NCBI RefSeq assembly: GCF_001194135.2
Contig: NC_068984.1
Coordinates: 86,967,323 to 87,031,322 of the forward strand
Origin: Octopus bimaculoides
Taxonomy: Eukaryota
Direction: 5' to 3'
DNA: 64,000 nt
Made by a program: the position numbers and the translations under genes. Positions 37,199-49,439 of this stretch are shown piece by piece (position 1 is the stretch's first letter; each line of letters starts with the position of its first letter). The notes under the pieces are model-generated. The model had not been told where the DNA came from. It worked only from the letters and a program-made list of their open reading frames with translations, and made no database searches.

Positions 37199-37926
37199 CA
37201 TAGTAGTAGTAGTAGTAGTAGTTCTAAATTATACATCTTAAGAGACCTAGCCTAAAATAGATACGAGCTAGCTGAATACTAAAATGACACCAGGTCCAAT
37301 ACTGGGTATGTCAAGTTAATGGGTCACTGCTAAGCATTTAATTAGCTATAGTCTGCCTGATCAGAATTAAATAAGACTATTCTTCAACAAATAAAAAAAA
37401 AACACATCAACCTATTTATTTTATATCACAGTTCGTAAACAATAATGTTGTTGGTTACAGGCTTCAAAGGGACTAATTGCTGATTCACTACATTCCTGGT
37501 GACAAGAATGACAAGGAGTACCTGTAACTTGGTGTATCCCAGGGTACTTCATTCCAAATGCATCAGCTTTCTATTGTTTCTTGCTAGAATTTATATCTTT
37601 CACCAATGTATATTGATGAAAGATACACAAACATACACACACATGTACAAGCACATGCATGCATACATACACACACACACATGTATGAGCACATGCATGC
37701 ATACATACACACTTGCCAAAGGTGTAGCACAGTGGTAAAGAACACAAAACCATGTGATTGTGAAGTGAACTGTTTTACCACACAGCCATACTTGCACCCT
37801 GCATATTTAACTTGGTGGATAATCGAATTAAAGAGGTTTCTTATGTAAAATAATTTATTCAGTATCTTATAGGACTCTAAGCAATAAGAAAGTTATTGAA
37901 ATTAAGGTTTTATCTGAATGACTTAC

Positions 37927-38017
37927 CGTTCCATAGAAAGTATTCATACTCTCCAGCGGTACATGTGTGCCATCATATAGCTCCTTCACTTCCTCATCAA
38001 CAACTGACCTCAGACCT
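37927..38017 (-). CDS. NT5DC3: NT5DC2/3-like exon 5
   Basis: ttacag|A GGT...ACG|gtaagt, 91 nt. Encodes (R)[30 protein letters not shown]. Confidence 0.95.
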
Positions 38018-38699
38018 CTGTAAAACAGAATACGAACATAAAAGAACATGTATTTAGGGTAGGACTAACATAAACAATATCACCAATAACAACAGCTGTA
38101 ATTAAAAGTCATTGAAGGATCTTCTACAGGGCTGCTCAAAATAAAGGCAAAGTTTTCCACAAATTACACCTTCTTGTTTCAAAAAATGGAAAAAGGATAA
38201 TGTAGTCTTGGATATACTAGCTTTAAAAAAATGTGATGTCATGGCTGGACTATATTAGGCCATACATTTGCCTGACAAAGGTTAAGAAGAGGCTAAACAA
38301 CAACAGTAATCTCATTAAAATTTAAAACCTTGTTGTATATACTTATCCTAGAGATAATTCTTTTGTTAATATCAAATAAAAAAACTCAATTCCTTTTCAC
38401 ATTGTATCAATATAGAAGAAGAAGAATTTTATATGAAATGCTGGCACCAGAAGACAGAACAAAGGTCTGTTGCAATAACAATAAATGACACTTTCAATCT
38501 TTTTTCCTCAAGATTAGTTATGTGTAAAGTTTCCAAACTTATTTTGACATATCATCCACCATAGGATTTTCCAAAAATTGCAGAACTCATATCTATATTT
38601 TATAGACAACCCTTATCACCTTAATTTTAATAAATAATAATTAAACTAAATACAAAATATTTTAAACAGAGAAATTTATTCATAAAAAAAAAAAGGTAT

Positions 38700-39490
38700 A
38701 TTATAATGTATTACTTCATTAAATTTGATTAAAAGACATTTTATCTTGCAGATTGAATCTTCTTTGAGAAACACTGGTCTAGAGGAAGATAGGAATGTGA
38801 TGTGCCCATAGTTTTCACAGGCCCTCCAAAAGAGGTGAGGAAGTTGATGCATGTCTTGATAAACTGCACGTTGATGACCGGAGTGAATGGGGGAGAAAGA
38901 GAGAAAGAGATTGGAGCTCTTCTCTAAGATTATTGCTTGCATATAAATGATGCTGTAAATACCAATATTACCATCTTTAGTTGTGGATTCAAGTTAGCTG
39001 AATCAATGACAAAAAAGTGTTTTGGTTTAAAAACAATCTCCCCTACATGAATCCTCAAATTTCCCTCTGGAATCCTGAATCCTACTTCAAGGAGAAATTT
39101 CTTCAAGGTTAAGAATTGTAGGATGAGGTGTCATGAGCATTTTCTTTTTCTTATTGGGTCCGAAGGAAGGGAAAATGTCCATGGGCTTCAAAGGCCCTCT
39201 TAGAACAGTGATATTAATCATTGATGTTCTCAAACCTTTGCATATCAACACCTGTGGCAAAGGTATGGAGCAAGGAGGGAATTCCAGGGAGTTTGATAGT
39301 CTGGAAATGAAGGACTAGGTGTAGTGATTAGTGTAGGGCCTGGAAGACTAGATATAACAAAAGGTGATGAAAGGTGAAGGAAAGATGAGTCCAGTCGTTT
39401 CCAAGGAGTAGAGGCCAATACAACACTGGAAGAAAAGGTAGAGAGGAGAGAGTGAACTATGAGCCAAGAATTTGAATGCGTCTTTGAGTG
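38700..39490 (-). mobile_element. CR1/L2-type LINE fragments
   Basis: 39490-39215 reads as a decayed LAH...RPYTNHY..SFI CR1-type 3' end. 38940-38700 is a further ORF remnant, probably from a LINE. Confidence 0.55.
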
Positions 39491-39859
39491 ATTTTACGCA
39501 GGTGACAAATACAAAGCATCTTAAGACATTAACAATCTAATGTTAATTAATACGAGAAAATAGTAGATTTGGGGAGATTCTGTATGTTCACTCAGCCTTC
39601 TAGTCCACCAGCCACAGAACTAGTTAGTTGATACACAGGAACTCCAAATCGTCTTCCATTAAAGTTTCTGTCTCCAGTTCTTTCTTGTTGTATGTGTTAA
39701 TAAATACATCTCTAAACCTACTGCTTTTTCTACTTCCAAGTTTTCCTTCTACCGGTTGTCTTTGGTCTCTGAGTTTGTCTACCTCTTACTCTGAAGTCAC
39801 TAATCATTAATCTATGTTAGGTAATACACTCTTCATTAGGGAAACATCTAATATTCACA

Positions 39860-40440
39860 ACCATCTATCCATTCCTTTTCCTGGTGAGTAAGAAGTCTAT
39901 CTGGCTTCTGTATTTACTTGACTGGTAAGTATCAGGCAGCTGCTAGCTTCCTGAAGTTAATGTTGCATACGGTTAGACCATCTGTATCACAGAACTCTGG
40001 GAGTTTTGAACCCTCTTCATTCCATATCCTTCATGTATGCCAAAGAAGCTTTTGTGATGGTCAACATTTCTCTGAATTTGTCAGCAGCAATACTGAGGTT
40101 GCAGTCATTTGTTTTGGAAGCAATCAGCAGAAGGGTCTCATACAAGTGGTCCTTTTGTTCATGAGTCTTATCTCATTTTTGTACTGAACAAACTAGTCTA
40201 AGCTTCATTATTGTATCATACAGTCTAATAATTTCAATTGCCATAGGTTCTATTTTCTGAAAACAATGTCTATTTTGTCTACCCCATCATTGTTACCCAC
40301 CAAGACGAATTTGTACCTTTGTTTCTTGCCTGCAAGGAATTTGGATGAGGCTCCTTTCCATCTTACTTCTTGCACATAGCACATATCTTCTCACCTACCT
40401 TTCTTTGAACTCACCCTAGTGAGAACAGGATTTTAAGTGT
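39860..40440 (-). mobile_element. RTE-type apurinic endonuclease fragment
   Basis: CYVQEVRWKGASSKFLAGKKQRYKF..VGNNDG and NEEGSKLPEFCD..LTVCNINFRK remnants, frameshifted. Confidence 0.8.
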
Positions 40441-41147
40441 TTCACCCAGGGCCATTGTTTTCTAGCTGGGTTACTTACAGGGATTAATACAGTAGATATT
40501 AATATCTATGAGTTACAGTTTTCTTTTCATCTACTCCACTGAAAATACTGTAGCAATACAGGTGAAGAGCACTACTTAAAACACCTAGAGAAAGTCACTT
40601 ACTATCACTGTTACTACTACAATTGGTAGACTGCTACCACCATCACTATGCTAGTAAAAAACTCATTAGAAATTTAAAAGGTTCATTGCACAGCCAGCAA
40701 GCTTTGCTGCATCCCAAACTGCAGCTGGTTGTTCCCTTGTCAAGAGAGGATACAGTAACTTTGCAGAATTCTCCTACTTACCCATTATTCTTTAACCAAG
40801 ATGGCTCTGTTAGCAGAACTCCTACCGAACAAGATTCCACCTTTATTTCTAAACTAAAGGTTATAATACTCTTGTCTACTATGTCACTGAAGTATGTTTA
40901 GAAATAAAGTTGGTGAGATATAATCCAGAAATATGCTTCAGTGACATAGTAGACAAGAGTATTATAACCTGATGGTAATCAGAGATTAAACTGATAGAAA
41001 CATAGTGTGTGTGTGTGTAAATACATAAAGAGAAAGAGTTGTTTCATCTTTTAGGCTCCAAAAATTGTGATCTTATTAAAAATGACTCTTCTCAAATATT
41101 TTGACAATTAACCAGTAAAGTATTAGTAACTTGAAAACATAACATAC

Positions 41148-41203
41148 CTGTAGACAGTTCCCAACATAATATGATGGAAAGAATCAATTTTCATTAAGAG
41201 ACC
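41148..41203 (-). CDS. NT5DC3: NT5DC2/3-like exon 4
   Basis: tttcag|GGT...TAC AG|gtatg, 56 nt. Encodes GLLMKIDSFHHIMLGTVY(R). Confidence 0.96.
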
Positions 41204-41275
41204 CTGAAAATTAAAATGTGGAAATATTATTATCATTCATCTTAATATTATCCTTATCCTTATATAATCTTCATC

Positions 41276-41690
41276 TTTTACTTGTTTGTCATTAGACTGC
41301 GGCCATGTTGGGGCACTGCTTTGAAGAACTTTTAGTCAAATGAATTGACTCCAGAACTTCATTTTTTTTTAACGAACCAACTACAGTACTTATCCTATCG
41401 GTTTCTTTTGCTGAACAGCTAAGTTATGAAGACATAAACACACCAACACCAGTTGTCAAGTTGTTTTGGGAGACAAACACAGACACAAGGTCACACACAC
41501 ACACACACACACACATACACACACACATATACGATGGGCTTCTTTCAGTATCTATCCACCAAATCCACTCACAAAGCCTTGGTCAACCTGAAGCTATAGT
41601 AGAAGATACTTGTTCAAGGTTTCATGCAGTGAGACTGAACTTGGAGCCATGTGGTTGGAAATCAAGATTCTTACCATACAGCTATGCTTT
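41276..41690 (-). mobile_element. tRNA/CORE-type SINE with internal (CA)n, full length
   Basis: Same family as 53215-53600, 55785-56165 and 58934-59337. Confidence 0.85.
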
Positions 41691-42096
41691 CACTTTTTTT
41701 ATATCTCTGTCTTTTTTTTATATCTTTTTTTTTTTCTGAATCTGTTATCACTTCTAATCAGTGTTTTTAGCTATATACCTTACCTAATGCAATCAGTTGA
41801 TATGTATTATTGAAAAATGAGTGAAATGGATAAGAAAATATCATTGAATGGTGGTAATTATAGTAGATATAAAATCAAAGTTCACTGAAGAAAGCTGAAA
41901 TTAAGAGCCAATCAGCTAAAATTCCATTATAACTTTTGGTACTAAAATTAGTAAATAAAATAACTGATGTAATCACTATGTTACATAGAATAATGTGTCA
42001 CCTGAAAAATCTGATATTAGGCAAGACTAATAATATATGATATTCTACTACTAAAATCTAAATACTATAAACATTAAATAGAAGAGTAGCACTTAC

Positions 42097-42171
42097 TTTT
42101 CGGACATCATAGTGAAGTCCACGGACAGCAAAGTTAGGATCATATTTCATTTCACGCAGGCCCTCAGGATA
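42097..42171 (-). CDS. NT5DC3: NT5DC2/3-like exon 3
   Basis: ttacag|TAT...AAA|gtaagt, 75 nt. Encodes YPEGLREMKYDPNFAVRGLHYDVRK. Confidence 0.96.
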
Positions 42172-43263
42172 CTGTAAAACATGAAAATTATTTTTCACAT
42201 TAGTGTGATAAATTGAATAAGCATGATATGTATGCATTTTATTCTTGGTAAGTAAATATATTGTACTTAGACATGGATAATGCAAATGTTAGGTAATGGA
42301 TTTTATGAATTTTACTGAACTGATCATATAACTGAACAGAAATAATTGGTGCTAACAAAAAGGAAATTATTGGTGAATAACAAAAAATTTTCAATAGCAA
42401 CTTTCAGTGTCCATAAAATAAAATATCAGGCGTGAAAATAGAGCAAAATGATCATCTGTGAAAGAATTCACAAAGGAATAATTTATAATATACATCATCA
42501 TCGTCCTCATTATCGTCAAAACACAATTCAAATATTTATTAAGTACTTTTCTAATATGAAACAACATTCTTGTTTTCACAGTAATTGACTATTTAGTTTT
42601 GATAGGAAATTGATAATGTGATTAGACATATTAGTTCTCTTCGAGTTATTTCATTTGATAAATTAAATATTTAGTAATGAAGGAAGAACTCATACAATGC
42701 ATGTGAGTTAATGTTAAGAAATAAAAAGAAAAAGAAAAGAAATATTCTACAGAGCCAAAGGAAATTATAAATACATCCCATGAAACTCTTATCTGTCTCT
42801 CATAGTCACCTTCTACCTTGACTTCACATCTCTCTCCCTCTCTTTCTCTCTCTCTCTGTCTCTCCCCCTCTCTCTTTCCAGGTGGGCAAATCATGTACAC
42901 ACCTCGTCAGCAAGACATCTGCTCCTGTTCCTGTCCCTGTTTCTTATCCCATAATTCTATTCCCGAATCAGTTGAAGAGTTTTGTCTTGCAAGTACTTGG
43001 TGACCTCACCAGGGCTGGCACCACATGAAAAAGCACCCTGTACACTCTGTGAAGTGACTGGTATAAGGTAGGACGCCCAGCTGTAGAAACCATGCTAAGG
43101 CAGACATAAGAACTTAACACAGCCCACTGGCTCATTTGTTCAAGTCGAACCATCCAACCTATGCCAGCATGGAAAAAGGGACATTCAATGATAATGATGA
43201 TACAGGCAGGTGTGAATGACATGAATCACTGTTGATTAGTGAAATATATAAAGTGTATATTAC

Positions 43264-43439
43264 CTTACTATTATAGACCAATGAATCTCTGCCCAAATCA
43301 TAGATGAGATCATGTAATTCTGGTGTGTAAGATGCCAATGTATAGTCATAGTCAAATCCATAAACTTCAATTTCCTGAAGCTGTACTTCATTATTGGCAA
43401 AAATTGCTTTTCTGTTGACATTAGCAGGAAGATCATAAT
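43264..43439 (-). CDS. NT5DC3: NT5DC2/3-like exon 2 (HAD motif I DYDYT)
   Basis: tttcag|AT TAT...AAG|gtaata, 176 nt. Encodes (D)YDLPANVNRKAIFANNEVQLQEIEVYGFDYDYTLASYTPELHDLIYDLGRDSLVYNSK. Confidence 0.97.
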
Positions 43440-44619
43440 CTGAAATAATAACAGAAATTAAACAGAAAAAAAGGAAAAAAACCAAAACAATAAAATTTAA
43501 TCTAACTAATATTCCTCTTTGAAAGTGTTGACATTTATTCCACACATACATTTTGAGAAACATTGAAGAACAGTGGCTCCTTCAAGCTCAATTTTTTACT
43601 GAACTTTATAGTTACTGAAGAGAAAGAAGCTATTTTCAAAAGCTACACCAATGATGCTAAGATATCAAAGGCATTAAAATGGTCTGAAGATATTAAAAGC
43701 CTACAGAAGAACTTTAGTCATCATTATATAGCATCTGTTTTCCATACTGGCATTGTCTGGCTGGAACTGGTAAGCTGGAGAGCTGCACCAGGCTCCAGTA
43801 AAAGGCACTCGTGCCAGTTACATGTAAAGGGCACCTGGTACATACTGTGAAGTGGTTAGTGTTAGGAAGGGCATTGAGCTGTAGAAAACAAGCCAATTTC
43901 AGTGCTGTTTAGATATGAATTGAATAAAATAGTATAAAATTCAATGCAGGGAAGCTTCAAGTCCTGCAATATTGTACAAACAAGGATACAGGGAGAAAGG
44001 AAATTGTTATACTAGTCAGGATCTATATAGTATCTTGAAACTATACTGAATAGTAGTACCTTGTTCTACATGCAGAAGACTGGAAGCATGGAACTTAAGG
44101 AAATTTAAACTGATCCAGTATTAGAACCTGGTTCAGGAATTCCAAGGTTTTGAAGAGTGTGGAACCACCTCTTAGCCACTATTGCTCCCAATCCTATTTG
44201 TTTCCACTAAATAATCGGGACGTCTTGTCCTGATTATTTAGTAGATATTTGTTCTTAATTATTTAACTAACAGCTTAGGTTAAGTGCTTGCACAAAACTG
44301 TTTTGGTTCCATGAATCAAATGAATTATTAGATGTGATAAACAACTGAGATTATATTCACTGAAATGAGGAGAGTGATATACAGTCAATCATGCCTAGAA
44401 AGTCCAGAAGAGACTGGTACTAAAATTTGGACAACACCAGTACAGTACTCACCTATGAAGCTCTCTGTTATGAGTTTTACACTCTTTTGTATATGAATGA
44501 CCTGCTTAGTGTAACTTTAACAACATGTACTCCTCTGCAGAAAATACTACTCTTCACTAACAGATGTCATCTACACACAAACAAGATAACTCTGTACTGA
44601 CTTTATGAGGATTTACTTA

Positions 44620-45735
44620 ATGATGATGATGATGGCAGTTTCTTCATGTCTGAAGACCATGAGGAAGAGCAGCAGACCCTCACATGTCTTTGTAAGGTCA
44701 TCAACACAGAGAAGCTCCCAGGGGCATCCTGTCTTGAATTCCTCTGTTATTGCCTGGAGGACTATGATGAATAAGAGGGGACTGAGGACTGATCCTTGGT
44801 GGACCCTACCTCTACTTGTTGCCAACCCTCACCTTACTGACAGCATCCTACACATAGCTTGTACAGTTCTCACTAACCACTCATCTATCCCTAATTTCTG
44901 CATTGACCACCAGATAAGGGATCGGGAGACTCTATCAAAGGCTTTCTCTATGTCAACGAAAGCCAGGTACAGAGGTTTATCTTTAGCTAGGTATTTCTCC
45001 TGCAGCTGTCTTACCAAAAATATAGCATCAGTGGTGCTTTTCCCTGGCACAAACCCAAACTGCATCTCATCTAAACTGACTCTCTCCCTAATTAGTTGGG
45101 CTATGACCCTCTCCGTGACTTTTATTACCTGATCCAACAATTTGATACCTATGTAATTATTTGTATCTAATGCATCACCTTTACCAGTGTAGCAGTTGAC
45201 CATGTTGCTGCTACACCAGTCATTGGGTATGACTCTTTCATGTATCACCTGATTGACTATACGGGTGACTAGACTATAGCCGACAGCTCCAGGGGGCTTT
45301 CCCTGTCTTCATACCCTTAATTGCTTTATCTATCAAGGTACTGTCAATTTGGATAGCTGGTCCCTCTGTTGGGTCAACATTCAGCAGACACTCTTTCTTC
45401 CATTCATTCTCTTCATTTAGAAAACTTTCAAAGTGGCGTCTCCAAGTCTCTCTCTTTGCAGCCTCATTAAATGCAAGTGAGCCCTCATCCATGCGGACAC
45501 ATTTCTCTCCTATGACATCACGATTCTCTCTTACACACTGTCTTGCAACACAAAACACTTCAAGTCTTTGGTCCTCACAATGCAAAACATTGGCAAATTT
45601 TTTCTTATCTGCTTCCCCTCTGGCTAAATAAACTTGTCTCCTAGCTTCCTTTCTGGCAGTCTGATACATGTGATAGAATTGGGTATTTGAATTCTTAACT
45701 AGAGCTATAACCAGCAGTTTTCGGTCAACCAAACT
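44620..45735 (-). mobile_element. RTE LINE RT fragment, internally deleted, ending in (CAT)n
   Basis: NYIGIKLLDQVIKV, QFGFVPGKSTTDAIF, YLAFVDIEKAFDRV, VHQGSVLSPLLF and CPWELLCVDDL, then a jump to the tail sequence. Confidence 0.92.
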
Positions 45736-46706
45736 GTGACAAAATTAGATAAATGAATGAATAAATGAGAATAATAAATGAGTGTGAAAGAGAGGGAGAA
45801 AGAGGGAGAGTTGGATTAAGCAAAGGAATCTTAAGTTTTTTCTCTAAACATACGGCATGGAAGACAAAACTGTATTTACATAGGTAGATAATGAAATAGA
45901 TAGATAATGAAATGAAATAATAAAGTAATTATAATCTGCACTGAAAAAGAGGTTTTAGATGTGTGCTAGGTTGGAAAGCAAAGTTGCTTATCTAAACATC
46001 TTCTGGTTTCTACTCCATGTGGTGAGGTATTAAAATATGAGGTAGGGGAATCTGAAAGAGCTAGTTTATATAGGGTGGGGTGGGAGGAGTGGAGGTAAAG
46101 TGTTGGGAAAAGCAAGTGGTTAACGAAACTGAGAGAGAGGAAGAGAGAGAGAGAGAGAGAGAGAGACCAGAATTAAGCTAGTCAAAGACAGAGCATGAGG
46201 AGACGGAATTTTGGGATTTAGGGCAACATAATTGAACAAATGGGTTTAACATTGCCAGAGTAAAAGAATAGTAATTCTGATAATGAGATAGAATTGGGCA
46301 ACGCAAAGCAGCAAAAACTCAGGCTGCCGGTGTGAGAAAATATTAATGATAATAATGAGATATAATGTTCAAGCAAGTCCAGCCTTCCTTATTTATGGAG
46401 TGTGTCCATTTCTTTTATTGTATTTAAATACATTTAATTCAAAATAAGGAAGTGCCAAAGGGAAATACCAGATAAATGAGTGTGTGTGGGTGTGTACACA
46501 AATTACTGCAAACTTACTTTTCCATTGCTTTCATATTTGGAGCATTAATCCGTTGCAAAGTGGACTGCATATCAGACACACCTTTGTTTAAGGCATCTCG
46601 AGCCTTGCTATAGTAGAAGGCAATTGCCTAAGGTGCCATGCAGCGGGACTAAACCCAGAACCATGTGGCTGGGAAGCAAGCTTCTTACCACACAGCCACT
46701 TCTACG

Positions 46707-46742
<36 letters not shown>

Positions 46743-47524
46743 NNNNNNNNNNNNNNNNNNNNNNNNNNNNNNNNNNNNNNNNNNNNNNNNNNNNNNNNNN
46801 NNNNNNNNNNNNNNNNNNNNNNNNNNNNNNNNNNNNNNNNNNNNNNNNNNNNNNNNNNNNNNNNNNNNNNNNNNNNNNNNNNNNNNNNNNNNNNNNNNNN
46901 NNNNNNNNNNNNNNNNNNNNNNNNNNNNNNNNNNNNNNNNNNNNNNNNNNNNNNNNNNNNNNNNNNNNNNNNNNNNNNNNNNNNNNNNNNNNNNNNNNNN
47001 NNNNNNNNNNNNNNNNNNNNNNNNNNNNNNNNNNNNNNNNNNNNNNNNNNNNNNNNNNNNNNNNNNNNNNNNNNNNNNNNNNNNNNNNNNNNNNNNNNNN
47101 NNNNNNNNNNNNNNNNNNNNNNNNNNNNNNNNNNNNNNNNNNNNNNNNNNNNNNNNNNNNNNNNNNNNNNNNNNNNNNNNNNNNNNNNNNNNNNNNNNNN
47201 NNNNNNNNNNNNNNNNNNNNNNNNNNNNNNNNNNNNNNNNNNNNNNNNNNNNNNNNNNNNNNNNNNNNNNNNNNNNNNNNNNNNNNNNNNNNNNNNNNNN
47301 NNNNNNNNNNNNNNNNNNNNNNNNNNNNNNNNNNNNNNNNNNNNNNNNNNNNNNNNNNNNNNNNNNNNNNNNNNNNNNNNNNNNNNNNNNNNNNNNNNNN
47401 NNNNNNNNNNNNNNNNNNNNNNNNNNNNNNNNNNNNNNNNNNNNNNNNNNNNNNNNNNNNNNNNNNNNNNNNNNNNNNNNNNNNNNNNNNNNNNNNNNNN
47501 NNNNNNNNNNNNNNNNNNNNNNNN

Positions 47525-47658
47525 TATGTATGTATGTATATATGTATGCATGTATGTATGTATGTATGTATGTATGTATGTATGTATGTATGTATGTATG
47601 GATGTATGTATGCATGTATGTATGCATGTATGCATGCATGCATGCATGTATGTATGTA
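47525..47658. repeat. (TATG)n microsatellite next to a gap
   Basis: Directly visible. The opposite side of the gap is (TA)n at 46710-46742. Confidence 0.95.
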
Positions 47659-48834
47659 TTAAAGAAAGCAAAATTTTTTTTTAAATGATAAAAGCAAAAG
47701 GCTAAATGGATGTGTATGTGTAAAAGAATTCAGTACTCAGTATTTTGGCTACAATGGTTAAAGGTTAAAAGTTCAATTATTTTTGATAGTGGTTTGGTTG
47801 AGGTCTTTGTATTTATGTGTATGTTTGTATGTATATATATATATTTTATTTTGTAGGGAATTGTATAAATGCACACATGTGTACACGTGTATGTGTGTGT
47901 GTGTGTATAGTAGGAGAGAGAAAGTTGGGGGAGGTGAGATAAAATTTCTTGTCTCTTGTTCAAAATGGCACCCATTCAGGTTTTGGACAAGCACAAACAC
48001 ACACACACAAGGGGCTATAGTAGGAGACATTTGGTGTCACACAGCGGTGCTAAATCCTAAAACATATAGCTAAGGAACAAAGTTCTTGCCACACAGACAG
48101 GACTGTGTCTTACAACAGAGCTTATTGAAAAAAAAAAAAAATCAGTGAGTATATAACCAGCTTCCAAAAAATTCTAATTAACAATTATTATTAATTTGCA
48201 TTTTATGCATATCTCTTTTAGCACAACATGCAATGAATAAAAGTTTCTTTGAGATTTTGTTAAATTTCTTTACAATTTTTGCCAGAATATTTTTAAAAGG
48301 CATAATTTAGATGTAGTTTAAATTTATAGTTTAACAACACCCAACTCGATTTTGGTGAGAAACAATGTTTTTTCCTTGTGCTATCAACTAATCTCATCTC
48401 CTAATATACTGCAAAGACCTTTTTCCACCAAAATCAGAGTGGGATGGGCCCTCAGAATCCTCCTCTAACCATGGAGTTTTTTTTTTACATTTGCTGTCAG
48501 CTAATCTTGGCACCTAGTATACTGCAAAGGACCTTTTTCCCCTTTGCAGCATATTAGGAGATCAAAATAGTGTCTATTTTTTATGCCTAATAACTGCTAT
48601 TTCTAACATATTAAACAACCACATTAAGGACCAGCTACCTTTGCATTTATTTAAAAGAGAGAGAAAATTGCTTTACACAACAAATTCCGATATAATCATA
48701 ATCTATACCATCTGAGACGTATATAGGTAGAAAATTTTATTAACAAATTATCCATGTTTCAGAAAGTTCCCACACACATATATATATACATATATACATA
48801 CACATATAAATATGTACATAATATGTGTATGTAT

Positions 48835-49330
48835 AAAGCACCCACTACACTCTCGGAGTGGTTGGCGTTAGGAAGGGTATCCAGCTGTAGAAACTCTGCC
48901 AGATCAGATTGGAGCCTGGTGTAGCCACCTGGTCCACCAGTCCTCAGTCAAATCGTCCAACCCATGCTAGCATGGAAAGCGGACGTTAAACGATGATGAT
49001 GATGATGATATATATATATATGCATATCATCATCATCATTATTTAACGTCCGTTTTCAATGCTGGCATGGTTTGGATGGTTTGACAGAGGCCAACATGCC
49101 AGGGGCTACGTCTGGCACCCATTTGGTTTGGCATGGTTTTATGGCTGGATGCTCTTCCTACCATCACCACTTTACAGCTTGGACCTAGTGTTTTTCATGG
49201 CATTGCACGGGAGCATGGTTTTAACGGCTGGATTTCCTTCCTAATGCCAGGCTTTTACATGGCATCACACAGTAGCATAGTTTCAATGGTTGGATACCCT
49301 TCCTAACACCACCACTTTACAGCATGGGGT
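48835..49330. mobile_element. Two RTE 3'UTR-type retroposons tail-to-tail (inverted) around (TA)n
   Basis: Plus copy 48835-49008 ends GGACGTTAAACGATGATGAT. Minus copy starts ATCATCATCATTATTTAACGTCCG at about 49026. Confidence 0.88.
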
Positions 49331-49399
49331 GGTTACTTTTACACGACACCAACGCGGTACCATATGTATATATACATATATATGTATGTATGTATTATA

Positions 49400-49439
<40 letters not shown>

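Noticed and set aside
44605-45132. 175 aa plus-strand ORF
   Set aside because: It is antisense to the RTE RT fragment, a common shadow frame.
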